The position numbers and the translations under genes were made by a program. Below, one piece after another: positions 12,501 through 25,648 of a DNA stretch of 64,000 nt (position 1 is its first letter; every line of letters begins with the position of its first letter). Source of the stretch: Auanema rhodensis (taxonomy: Eukaryota > Animalia > Nematoda); NCBI GenBank assembly GCA_964057225.1, contig OZ059900.1, positions 23,560,001-23,624,000 on the forward strand, written 5' to 3'. The notes under the pieces are model-generated. The model had not been told where the DNA came from. It worked only from the letters and a program-made list of their open reading frames with translations, and made no database searches.

Positions 12501-12994
12501 AAATCGATTTAATCAATATTAGCCATAAGGGGCTTGCCCTCAGAATATGCTAATTTCCTTAATTTTCTAACCCCTGTTTTTTTGTCGTGAAAGTGGAACT
12601 AGACGTTGTAGGAACAATTTTGAGCTAGGTTTCATTGACACTGCATGAGTTTGAACACATGAAATCGTAAGTCAAAACCTTGTTTACAGCGAAATTTCTA
12701 AAAACTGGTTTTCCAGCATAATAAAATATTTCTCATGGGAAATACTGTGTTTTTGTATTTTTCTAGTGTTCAGCATGTAAAATGCTTCATTTTAGTATGT
12801 AACACGCTGAAATTCGTTGCATTTGACGACTCATATGAACAAAAATCGATTTAATCAATATTAGCCATAAGGGGCGTGCCCTCAGAATATGCTAATTTCC
12901 TTAATTTTCTAACCCCTGTTTTTTTGTCGTGAAAGTGGAATTAGACGTTGTACGAACAATTTTGAGCTAGGTTTCATTGACATTGCATGAGTTT
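9575..12994 (-). repeat. Sat342 pentamer (1710 bp) tandem duplication
   Basis: Rare markers AGGTGTC (~9895, ~11605), TCTTGGG (~10341, ~12051) and TTTCTAAAA (~10989, ~12699) each recur 1710 bp apart. Confidence 0.9.
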
Positions 12995-13336
12995 GAACAC
13001 ATGAAATCGTAAGTCAAAACCTTGTTTGCAGCGAAATTTCCAAAAACTGGTTTTCCAGCATAATAAAATATTTCTCATGGGAAATACTGTGTTTTTGTAT
13101 TTTTCTAGTGTTCAGCATGTAAAATGCTTCATTTTAGTATGTAACACGCTGAAATTCGTTGCATTTGACGACTCATATGAACAAAAATCGATTTAATCAA
13201 TATTAGCCATAAGGGGCGTGCCCTCAGAATATGCTAAATTCCTTAATTTTCTAACCCCTGTTTTTTTGTCGTGAAAGTGGAATTAGACGTTGTACGAACA
13301 ATTTTGAGCTAGGTTTCATTGACATTGCATGAGTTT

Positions 13337-16300
13337 GAACACATGAAATCGTAAGTCAAAACCTTGTTTACAGCGAAATTTCCAAAAACTGGTTTTCCAG
13401 CATAATAAAATATTTCTCATGGGAAATACTGTGTTTTTGTATTTTTCTAGTGTTCAGCATGTAAAATGCTTCATTTTAGTATGTAACACGCTGAAATTCG
13501 TTGCATTTGACGACTCATATGAACAAAAATCGATTTAATCAATATTAGCCATAAGGGGCGTGCCCTCAGAATATGCTAACTTCCTTAATTTTCTAACCCC
13601 TGTTTTTTTGTCGTGAAAGTGGAACTAGACGTTGTACAAACAATTTTGAGCTAGGTTTCATTGACATTGCATGAGTTTGAACACATGAAATCGTAAGTCA
13701 AAACCTTGTTTACAGCGAAATTTCCAAAAACTGGTTTTCCAGCATAATAAAATATTTCTCATGAGAAATACTGTGTTTTTGTATTTTTCTAGTGTTCAGC
13801 ATGTAAAATGCTTCATTTTAGTATGTAACACGCTGAAATTCGTTGCATTTGACTACTCATATGAACAAAAATCGATTTAATCAATATTAGCCATAAGGGG
13901 CGTGCCCTCAGAATATGCTAATTTCCTTAATTTTCTAACCCCTGTTTTTTTGTCGTGAAAGTGGAACTAGACGTTGTACAAACAATTTTGAGCTAGGTTT
14001 CATTGACATTGCATGAGTTTGAACACATGAAATCGTAAGTCAAAACCTTGTTTACAGCGAAATTTCCAAAAACTGGTTTTCCAGCATAATAAAATATTTC
14101 TCATGAGAAATACTGTGTTTTTGTATTTTTCTAGTGTTCAGCATGTAAAATACTTCATTTTAGTATGTAACACGCTGAAATTCGTTGCATTTGACGACTT
14201 ATATGAACAAAAATCGATTTAATCAATATTAGCCATAAGGGGCGTGCCCTCAGAATATGCTAATTTCCTTAATTTTCTTACCCCTGTTTTTTTGTCGTGA
14301 AAGTGGAACTAGACGTTGTACAAACAATTTTGAGCTAGGTTTCATTGACATTGCATGAGTTTGAACACATGAAATCGTAAGTCAAAACCTTGTTTACAGC
14401 GAAATTTCCAAAAACTGGTTTTCCAGCATAATAAAATATTTCTCATGAGAAATACTGTGTTTTTGTATTTTTCTAGTGTTCAGCATGTAAAATACTTCAT
14501 TTTAGTATGTAACACGCTGAAATTCGTTGCATTTGACGACTCATATGAACAAAAATCGATTTAATCAATATTAGCCATAAGGGGCGTGCCCTCAGAATAT
14601 GCTAATTTCCTTAATTTTCTAACCCCTGTTTTTTTGTCGTGAAAGTGGAACTAGACGTTGTACGAACAATTTTGAGCTAGGTTTCATTGACATTGCATGA
14701 GTTTGAACACATGAAATCGTAAGTCAAAACCTTGTTTACAGCGAAATTTCCAAAAACTGGTTTTCCAGCATAATAAAATATTTCTCATGGGAAATACTGT
14801 GTTTTTGTATTTTTCTAGTGTTCAGCATGTAAAATGCTTCATTTTAGTATGTAACACGCTGAAATTCGTTGCATTTGACGACTCATATGAACAAAAATCG
14901 ATTTAATCAATATTAGCCATAAGGGGCGTGCCCTCAGAATATGCTAATTTCCTTAATTTTCTAACCCCTGTTTTTTTGTCGTGAAAGTGGAACTAGACGT
15001 TGTACAAACAATTTTGAGCTAGGTTTCATTGACATTGCATGAGTTTGAACACATGAAATCGTAAGTCAAAACCTTGTTTACAGCGAAATTTCCAAAAACT
15101 GGTTTTCCAGCATAATAAAATATTTCTCATGAGAAATACTGTGTTTTTGTATTTTTCTAGTGTTCAGCATGTAAAATGCTTCATTTTAGTATGTAACACG
15201 CTGAAATTCGTTGCATTTGACTACTCATATGAACAAAAATCGATTTAATCAATATTAGCCATAAGGGGCGTGCCCTCAGAATATGCTAATTTCCTTAATT
15301 TTCTAACCCCTGTTTTTTTGTCGTGAAAGTGGAACTAGACGTTGTACAAACAATTTTGAGCTAGGTTTCATTGACATTGCATGAGTTTGAACACATGAAA
15401 TCGTAAGTCAAAACCTTGTTTACAGCGAAATTTCCAAAAACTGGTTTTCCAGCATAATAAAATATTTCTCATGAGAAATACTGTGTTTTTGTATTTTTCT
15501 AGTGTTCAGCATGTAAAATGCTTCATTTTAGTATGTAACACGCTAAAATTCGTTGCATTTGACGACTCATATGAACAAAAATCGATTTAATCAATATTAG
15601 CCATAAGGGGCGTGCCCTCAGAATATGCTAATTTCCTTAATTTTCTAACCCCTGTTTTTTTGTCGTGAAAGTGGAATTAGACGTTGTACGAACAATTTTG
15701 AGCTAGGTTTCATTGACATTGCATGAGTTTGAACACATGAAATCGTAAGTCAAAACCTTGTTTACAGCGAAATTTCCAAAAACTGGTTTTCCAGCATAAT
15801 AAAATATTTCTCATGGGAAATACTGTGTTTTTGTATTTTTCTAGTGTTCAGCATGTAAAATGCTTCATTTTAGTATGTAACACGCTGAAATTCGTTGCAT
15901 TTGACGACTCATATGAACAAAAATCGATTTAATCAATATTAGCCATAAGGGGCGTGCCCTCAGAATATGCTAACTTCCTTAATTTTCTAACCCCTGTTTT
16001 TTTGTCGTGAAAGTGGAACTAGACGTTGTACGAACAATTTTGAGCTAGGTTTCATTGACATTGCATGAGTTTGAACACATGAAATCGTAAGTCAAAACCT
16101 TGTTTACAGCGAAATTTCCAAAAACTGGTTTTCCAGCATAATAAAATATTTCTCATGGGAAATACTGTGTTTTTGTATTTTTCTAGTGTTCAGCATGTAA
16201 AATGCTTCATTTTAGTATGTAACACGCTGAAATTCGTTGCATTTGACGACTCATATGAACAAAAATCGATTTAATCAATATTAGCCATAAGGGGCGTGCC

Positions 16301-18808
16301 CTCAGAATATGCTAACTTCCTTAATTTTCTAACCCCTGTTTTTTTGTCGTGAAAGTGGAACTAGACGTTGTACAAACAATTTTGAGCTAGGTTTCATTGA
16401 CATTGCATGAGTTTGAACACATGAAATCGTAAGTCAAAACCTTGTTTACAGCGAAATTTCCAAAAACTGGTTTTCCAGCATAATAAAATATTTCTCATGA
16501 GAAATACTGTGTTTTTGTATTTTTCTAGTGTTCAGCATGTAAAATGCTTCATTTTAGTATGTAACACGCTGAAATTCGTTGCATTTGACTACTCATATGA
16601 ACAAAAATCGATTTAATCAATATTAGCCATAAGGGGCGTGCCCTCAGAATATGCTAATTTCCTTAATTTTCTAACCCCTGTTTTTTTGTCGTGAAAGTGG
16701 AACTAGACGTTGTACAAACAATTTTGAGCTAGGTTTCATTGACATTGCATGAGTTTGAACACATGAAATCGTAAGTCAAAACCTTGTTTACAGCGAAATT
16801 TCCAAAAACTGGTTTTCCAGCATAATAAAATATTTCTCATGAGAAATACTGTGTTTTTGTATTTTTCTAGTGTTCAGCATGTAAAATACTTCATTTTAGT
16901 ATGTAACACGCTGAAATTCGTTGCATTTGACGACTTATATGAACAAAAATCGATTTAATCAATATTAGCCATAAGGGGCGTGCCCTCAGAATATGCTAAT
17001 TTCCTTAATTTTCTTACCCCTGTTTTTTTGTCGTGAAAGTGGAACTAGACGTTGTACAAACAATTTTGAGCTAGGTTTCATTGACATTGCATGAGTTTGA
17101 ACACATGAAATCGTAAGTCAAAACCTTGTTTACAGCGAAATTTCCAAAAACTGGTTTTCCAGCATAATAAAATATTTCTCATGAGAAATACTGTGTTTTT
17201 GTATTTTTCTAGTGTTCAGCATGTAAAATACTTCATTTTAGTATGTAACACGCTGAAATTCGTTGCATTTGACGACTCATATGAACAAAAATCGATTTAA
17301 TCAATATTAGCCATAAGGGGCGTGCCCTCAGAATATGCTAATTTCCTTAATTTTCTAACCCCTGTTTTTTTGTCGTGAAAGTGGAACTAGACGTTGTACG
17401 AACAATTTTGAGCTAGGTTTCATTGACATTGCATGAGTTTGAACACATGAAATCGTAAGTCAAAACCTTGTTTACAGCGAAATTTCCAAAAACTGGTTTT
17501 CCAGCATAATAAAATATTTCTCATGGGAAATACTGTGTTTTTGTATTTTTCTAGTGTTCAGCATGTAAAATGCTTCATTTTAGTATGTAACACGCTGAAA
17601 TTCGTTGCATTTGACGACTCATATGAACAAAAATCGATTTAATCAATATTAGCCATAAGGGGCGTGCCCTCAGAATATGCTAATTTCCTTAATTTTCTAA
17701 CCCCTGTTTTTTTGTCGTGAAAGTGGAACTAGACGTTGTACAAACAATTTTGAGCTAGGTTTCATTGACATTGCATGAGTTTGAACACATGAAATCGTAA
17801 GTCAAAACCTTGTTTACAGCGAAATTTCCAAAAACTGGTTTTCCAGCATAATAAAATATTTCTCATGAGAAATACTGTGTTTTTGTATTTTTCTAGTGTT
17901 CAGCATGTAAAATGCTTCATTTTAGTATGTAACACGCTGAAATTCGTTGCATTTGACTACTCATATGAACAAAAATCGATTTAATCAATATTAGCCATAA
18001 GGGGCGTGCCCTCAGAATATGCTAATTTCCTTAATTTTCTAACCCCTGTTTTTTTGTCGTGAAAGTGGAACTAGACGTTGTACAAACAATTTTGAGCTAG
18101 GTTTCATTGACATTGCATGAGTTTGAACACATGAAATCGTAAGTCAAAACCTTGTTTACAGCGAAATTTCCAAAAACTGGTTTTCCAGCATAATAAAATA
18201 TTTCTCATGAGAAATACTGTGTTTTTGTATTTTTCTAGTGTTCAGCATGTAAAATGCTTCATTTTAGTATGTAACACGCTAAAATTCGTTGCATTTGACG
18301 ACTCATATGAACAAAAATCGATTTAATCAATATTAGCCATAAGGGGCGTGCCCTCAGAATATGCTAATTTCCTTAATTTTCTAACCCCTGTTTTTTTGTC
18401 GTGAAAGTGGAATTAGACGTTGTACGAACAATTTTGAGCTAGGTTTCATTGACATTGCATGAGTTTGAACACATGAAATCGTAAGTCAAAACCTTGTTTA
18501 CAGCGAAATTTCCAAAAACTGGTTTTCCAGCATAATAAAATATTTCTCATGGGAAATACTGTGTTTTTGTATTTTTCTAGTGTTCAGCATGTAAAATGCT
18601 TCATTTTAGTATGTAACACGCTGAAATTCGTTGCATTTGACGACTCATATGAACAAAAATCGATTTAATCAATATTAGCCATAAGGGGCGTGCCCTCAGA
18701 ATATGCTAACTTCCTTAATTTTCTAACCCCTGTTTTTTTGTCGTGAAAGTGGAACTAGACGTTGTACGAACAATTTTGAGCTAGGTTTCATTGACATTGC
18801 ATGAGTTT
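13337..18808 (-). repeat. Sat342 octamer (2736 bp) tandem duplication
   Basis: The same 8-unit variant order occurs at 13337-16072 and 16073-18808. The private marker TTCTTACCCC lies at ~14279 and ~17015. Confidence 0.9.
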
Positions 18809-21800
18809 GAACACATGAAATCGTAAGTCAAAACCTTGTTTACAGCGAAATTTCCAAAAACTGGTTTTCCAGCATAATAAAATTTTTCTCATGGGAAATA
18901 CTGTGTTTTTGTATTTTTCTAGTGTTCAGCATGTAAAATGCTTCATTTTAGTATGTAACACGCTAAAATTCGTTGCATTTGACGACTCATATGAACAAAA
19001 ATCGATTTAATCAATATTAGCCATAAGGGGCGTGCCCTCAGAATATGCTAATTTCCTTAATTTTCTAACCCCTGTTTTTTTGTCGTGAAAGTGGAATTAG
19101 ACGTTGTACGAACAATTTTGAGCTAGGTTTCATTGACATTGCATGAGTTTGAACACATGAAATCGTAAGTCAAAACCTTGTTTACAGCGAAATTTCCAAA
19201 AACTGGTTTTCCAGCATAATAAAATATTTCTCATGGGAAATACTGTGTTTTTGTATTTTTCTAGTGTTCAGCATGTAAAATGCTTCATTTTAGTATGTAA
19301 CACGCTGAAATTCGTTGCATTTGACGACTCATATGAACAAAAATCGATTTAATCAATATTAGCCATAAGGGGCGTGCCCTCAGAATATGCTAACTTCCTT
19401 AATTTTCTAACCCCTGTTTTTTTGTCGTGAAAGTGGAATTAGACGTTGTACGAACAATTTTGAGCTAGGTTTCATTGACATTGCATGAGTTTGAACACAT
19501 GAAATCGTAAGTCAAAACCTTGTTTACAGCGAAATTTCCAAAAACTGGTTTTCCAGCATAATAAAATATTTCTCATGAGAAATACTGTGTTTTTGTATTT
19601 TTCTAGTGTTCAGCATGTAAAATGCTTCATTTTAGTATGTAACACGCTAAAATTCGTTGCATTTGACGACTCATATGAACAAAAATCGATTTAATCAATA
19701 TTAGCCATAAGGGGCGTGCCCTCAGAATATGCTAATTTCCTTAATTTTCTAACCCCTGTTTTTTTGTCGTGAAAGTGGAATTAGACGTTGTACGAACAAT
19801 TTTGAGCTAGGTTTCATTGACATTGCATGAGTTTGAACACATGAAATCGTAAGTCAAAACCTTGTTTACAGCGAAATTTCCAAAAACTGGTTTTCCAGCA
19901 TAATAAAATATTTCTCATGGGAAATACTGTGTTTTTGTATTTTTCTAGTGTTCAGCATGTAAAATGCTTCATTTTAGTATGTAACACGCTGAAATTCGTT
20001 GCATTTGACGACTCATATGAACAAAAATCGATTTAATCAATATTAGCCATAAGGGGCGTGCCCTCAGAATATGCTAACTTCCTTAATTTTCTAACCCCTG
20101 TTTTTTTGTCGTGAAAGTGGAACTAGACGTTGTACGAACAATTTTGAGCTAGGTTTCATTGACATTGCATGAGTTTGAACACATGAAATCGTAAGTCAAA
20201 ACCTTGTTTACAGCGAAATTTCCAAAAACTGGTTTTCCAGCATAATAAAATTTTTCTCATGGGAAATACTGTGTTTTTGTATTTTTCTAGTGTTCAGCAT
20301 GTAAAATGCTTCATTTTAGTATGTAACACGCTGAAATTCGTTGCATTTCACGACTCATATGAACAAAAATCGATTTAATCAATATTAGCCATAAGGGGCG
20401 TGCCCTCAGAATATGCTAATTTCCTTAATTTTCTAACCCCTGTTTTTTTGTCGTGAAAGTGGAATTAGACGTTGTAGGAACAATTTTGAGCTAGGTTTCA
20501 TTGACATTGCATGAGTTTGAACACATGAAATCGTAAGTCAAAACCTTGTTTACAGCGAAATTTCCAAAAACTGGTTTTCCAGCATAATAAAATATTTCTC
20601 ATGGGAAATACTGTGTTTTTGTATTTTTCTAGTGTTCAGCATGTAAAATGCTTCATTTTAGTATGTAACACGCTGAAATTCGTTGCATTTGACGACTCAT
20701 ATGAACAAAAATCGATTTAATCAATATTAGCCATAAGGGGCGTGCCCTCAGAATATGCTAATTTCCTTAATTTTCTAACCCCTGTTTTTTTGTCGTGAAA
20801 GTGGAACTAGACGTTGTACGAACAATTTTGAGCTAGGTTTCATTGACATTGCATGAGTTTGAACACATGAAATCGTAAGTCAAAACCTTGTTTACAGCGA
20901 AATTTCCAAAAACTGGTTTTCCAGCATAATAAAATTTTTCTCATGGGAAATACTGTGTTTTTGTATTTTTCTAGTGTTCAGCATGTAAAATGCTTCATTT
21001 TAGTATGTAACACGCTGAAATTCGTTGCATTTGACGACTCATATGAACAAAAATCGATTTAATCAATATTAGCCATAAGGGGCGTGCCCTCAGAATATGC
21101 TAATTTCCTTAATTTTCTAACCCCTGTTTTTTTGTCGTGAAAGTGGAACTAGACGTTGTACGAACAATTTTGAGCTAGGTTTCATTGACATTGCATGAGT
21201 TTGAACACATGAAATCGTAAGTCAAAACCTTGTTTACAGCGAAATTTCCAAAAACTGGTTTTCCAGCATAATAAAATATTTCTCATGGGAAATACTGTGT
21301 TTTTGTATTTTTCTAGTGTTCAGCATGTAAAATGCTTCATTTTAGTATGTAACACGCTGAAATTCGTTGCATTTCACGACTCATATGAACAAAAATCGAT
21401 TTAATCAATATTAGCCATAAGGGGCGTGCCCTCAGAATATGCTAATTTCCTTAATTTTCTAACCCCTGTTTTTTTGTCGTGAAAGTGGAATTAGACGTTG
21501 TAGGAACAATTTTGAGCTAGGTTTCATTGACATTGCATGAGTTTGAACACATGAAATCGTAAGTCAAAACCTTGTTTACAGCGAAATTTCCAAAAACTGG
21601 TTTTCCAGCATAATAAAATATTTCTCTTGGGAAATACTGTGTTTTTGTATTTTTCTAGTGTTCAGCATGTAAAATGCTTCATTTTAGTATGTAACACGCT
21701 GAAATTCGTTGCATTTCACGACTCATATGAACAAAAATCGATTTAATCAATATTAGCCATAAGGGGCGTGCCCTCAGAATATGCTAATTTCCTTAATTTT

Positions 21801-22912
21801 CTAACCCCTGTTTTTTTGTCGTGAAAGTGGAATTAGACGTTGTAGGAACAATTTTGAGCTAGGTTTCATTGACATTGCATGAGTTTGAACACATGAAATC
21901 GTAAGTCAAAACCTTGTTTACAGCGAAATTTCCAAAAACTGGTTTTCCAGCATAATAAAATATTTCTCATGGGAAATACTGTGTTTTTGTATTTTTATAG
22001 TGTTCAGCATGTAAAATGCTTCATTTTAGTATGTAACACGCTGAAATTCGTTGCATTTGACGACTCATATGAACAAAAATCGATTTAATCAATATTAGCC
22101 ATAAGGGGCTTGCCCTCAGAATATGCTAATTTCCTTAATTTTCTAACCCCTGTTTTTTTGTCGTGAAAGTGGAATTAGACGTTGTAGGAACAATTTTGAG
22201 CTAGGTTTCATTGACATTGCATGAGTTTGAACACATGAAATCGTAAGTCAAAACCTTGTTTACAGCGAAATTTCCAAAAACTGGTTTTCCAGCATAATAA
22301 AATATTTCTCTTGGGAAATACTGTGTTTTTGTATTTTTCTAGTGTTCAGCATGTAAAATGCTTCATTTTAGTATGTAACACGCTGAAATTCGTTGCATTT
22401 CACGACTCATATGAACAAAAATCGATTTAATCAATATTAGCCATAAGGGGCGTGCCCTCAGAATATGCTAATTTCCTTAATTTTCTAACCCCTGTTTTTT
22501 TGTCGTGAAAGTGGAATTAGACGTTGTAGGAACAATTTTGAGCTAGGTTTCATTGACATTGCATGAGTTTGAACACATGAAATCGTAAGTCAAAACCTTG
22601 TTTACAGCGAAATTTCCAAAAACTGGTTTTCCAGCATAATAAAATATTTCTCATGGGAAATACTGTGTTTTTGTATTTTTATAGTGTTCAGCATGTAAAA
22701 TGCTTCATTTTAGTATGTAACACGCTGAAATTCGTTGCATTTGACGACTCATATGAACAAAAATCGATTTAATCAATATTAGCCATAAGGGGCTTGCCCT
22801 CAGAATATGCTAATTTCCTTAATTTTCTAACCCCTGTTTTTTTGTCGTGAAAGTGGAATTAGACGTTGTAGGAACAATTTTGAGCTAGGTTTCATTGACA
22901 TTGCATGAGTTT

Positions 22913-25648
22913 GAACACATGAAATCGTAAGTCAAAACCTTGTTTACAGCGAAATTTCCAAAAACTGGTTTTCCAGCATAATAAAATATTTCTCATGGGA
23001 AATACTGTGTTTTTGTATTTTTCTAGTGTTCAGCATGTAAAATGCTTCATTTTAGTATGTAACACGCTGAAATTCGTTGCATTTGACGACTCATATGAAC
23101 AAAAATCGATTTAATCAATATTAGCCATAAGGGGCGTGCCCTCAGAATATGCTAATTTCCTTAATTTTCTAACCCCTGTTTTTTTGTCGTGAAAGTGGAA
23201 CTAGACGTTGTACAAACAATTTTGAGCTAGGTTTCATTGACATTGCATGAGTTTGAACACATGAAATCGTAAGTCAAAACCTTGTTTACAGCGAAATTTC
23301 CAAAAACTGGTTTTCCAGCATAATAAAATATTTCTCATGAGAAATACTGTGTTTTTGTATTTTTCTAGTGTTCAGCATGTAAAATGCTTCATTTTAGTAT
23401 GTAACACGCTGAAATTCGTTGCATTTGACTACTCATATGAACAAAAATCGATTTAATCAATATTAGCCATAAGGGGCGTGCCCTCAGAATATGCTAATTT
23501 CCTTAATTTTCTAACCCCTGTTTTTTTGTCGTGAAAGTGGAACTAGACGTTGTACAAACAATTTTGAGCTAGGTTTCATTGACATTGCATGAGTTTGAAC
23601 ACATGAAATCGTAAGTCAAAACCTTGTTTACAGCGAAATTTCCAAAAACTGGTTTTCCAGCATAATAAAATATTTCTCATGAGAAATACTGTGTTTTTGT
23701 ATTTTTCTAGTGTTCAGCATGTAAAATACTTCATTTAAGTATGTAACACGCTGAAATTCGTTGCATTTGACGACTTATATGAACAAAAATCGATTTAATC
23801 AATATTAGCCATAAGGGGCGTGCCCTCAGAATATGCTAATTTCCTTAATTTTCTTACCCCTGTTTTTTTGTCGTGAAAGTGGAACTAGACGTTGTACAAA
23901 CAATTTTGAGCTAGGTTTCATTGACATTGCATGAGTTTGAACACATGAAATCGTAAGTCAAAACCTTGTTTACAGCGAAATTTCCAAAAACTGGTTTTCC
24001 AGCATAATAAAATATTTCTCATGAGAAATACTGTGTTTTTGTATTTTTCTAGTGTTCAGCATGTAAAATACTTCATTTTAGTATGTAACACGCTGAAATT
24101 CGTTGCATTTGACGACTCATATGAACAAAAATCGATTTAATCAATATTAGCCATAAGGGGCGTGCCCTCAGAATATGCTAATTTCCTTAATTTTCTAACC
24201 CCTGTTTTTTTGTCGTGAAAGTGGAACTAGACGTTGTACGAACAATTTTGAGCTAGGTTTCATTGACATTGCATGAGTTTGAACACATGAAATCGTAAGT
24301 CAAAACCTTGTTTACAGCGAAATTTCCAAAAACTGGTTTTCCAGCATAATAAAATATTTCTCATGGGAAATACTGTGTTTTTGTATTTTTCTAGTGTTCA
24401 GCATGTAAAATGCTTCATTTTAGTATGTAACACGCTGAAATTCGTTGCATTTGACGACTCATATGAACAAAAATCGATTTAATCAATATTAGCCATAAGG
24501 GGCGTGCCCTCAGAATATGCTAATTTCCTTAATTTTCTAACCCCTGTTTTTTTGTCGTGAAAGTGGAACTAGACGTTGTACAAACAATTTTGAGCTAGGT
24601 TTCATTGACATTGCATGAGTTTGAACACATGAAATCGTAAGTCAAAACCTTGTTTACAGCGAAATTTCCAAAAACTGGTTTTCCAGCATAATAAAATATT
24701 TCTCATGAGAAATACTGTGTTTTTGTATTTTTCTAGTGTTCAGCATGTAAAATGCTTCATTTTAGTATGTAACACGCTGAAATTCGTTGCATTTGACTAC
24801 TCATATGAACAAAAATCGATTTAATCAATATTAGCCATAAGGGGCGTGCCCTCAGAATATGCTAATTTCCTTAATTTTCTAACCCCTGTTTTTTTGTCGT
24901 GAAAGTGGAACTAGACGTTGTACAAACAATTTTGAGCTAGGTTTCATTGACATTGCATGAGTTTGAACACATGAAATCGTAAGTCAAAACCTTGTTTACA
25001 GCGAAATTTCCAAAAACTGGTTTTCCAGCATAATAAAATATTTCTCATGAGAAATACTGTGTTTTTGTATTTTTCTAGTGTTCAGCATGTAAAATGCTTC
25101 ATTTTAGTATGTAACACGCTAAAATTCGTTGCATTTGACGACTCATATGAACAAAAATCGATTTAATCAATATTAGCCATAAGGGGCGTGCCCTCAGAAT
25201 ATGCTAATTTCCTTAATTTTCTAACCCCTGTTTTTTTGTCGTGAAAGTGGAATTAGACGTTGTACGAACAATTTTGAGCTAGGTTTCATTGACATTGCAT
25301 GAGTTTGAACACATGAAATCGTAAGTCAAAACCTTGTTTACAGCGAAATTTCCAAAAACTGGTTTTCCAGCATAATAAAATATTTCTCATGGGAAATACT
25401 GTGTTTTTGTATTTTTCTAGTGTTCAGCATGTAAAATGCTTCATTTTAGTATGTAACACGCTGAAATTCGTTGCATTTGACGACTCATATGAACAAAAAT
25501 CGATTTAATCAATATTAGCCATAAGGGGCGTGCCCTCAGAATATGCTAACTTCCTTAATTTTCTAACCCCTGTTTTTTTGTCGTGAAAGTGGAACTAGAC
25601 GTTGTACGAACAATTTTGAGCTAGGTTTCATTGACATTGCATGAGTTT
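22913..25648 (-). repeat. Third, non-adjacent copy of the Sat342 octamer
   Basis: Same variant order, with TTCTTACCCC at ~23855, 20 monomers after the second copy. Confidence 0.85.
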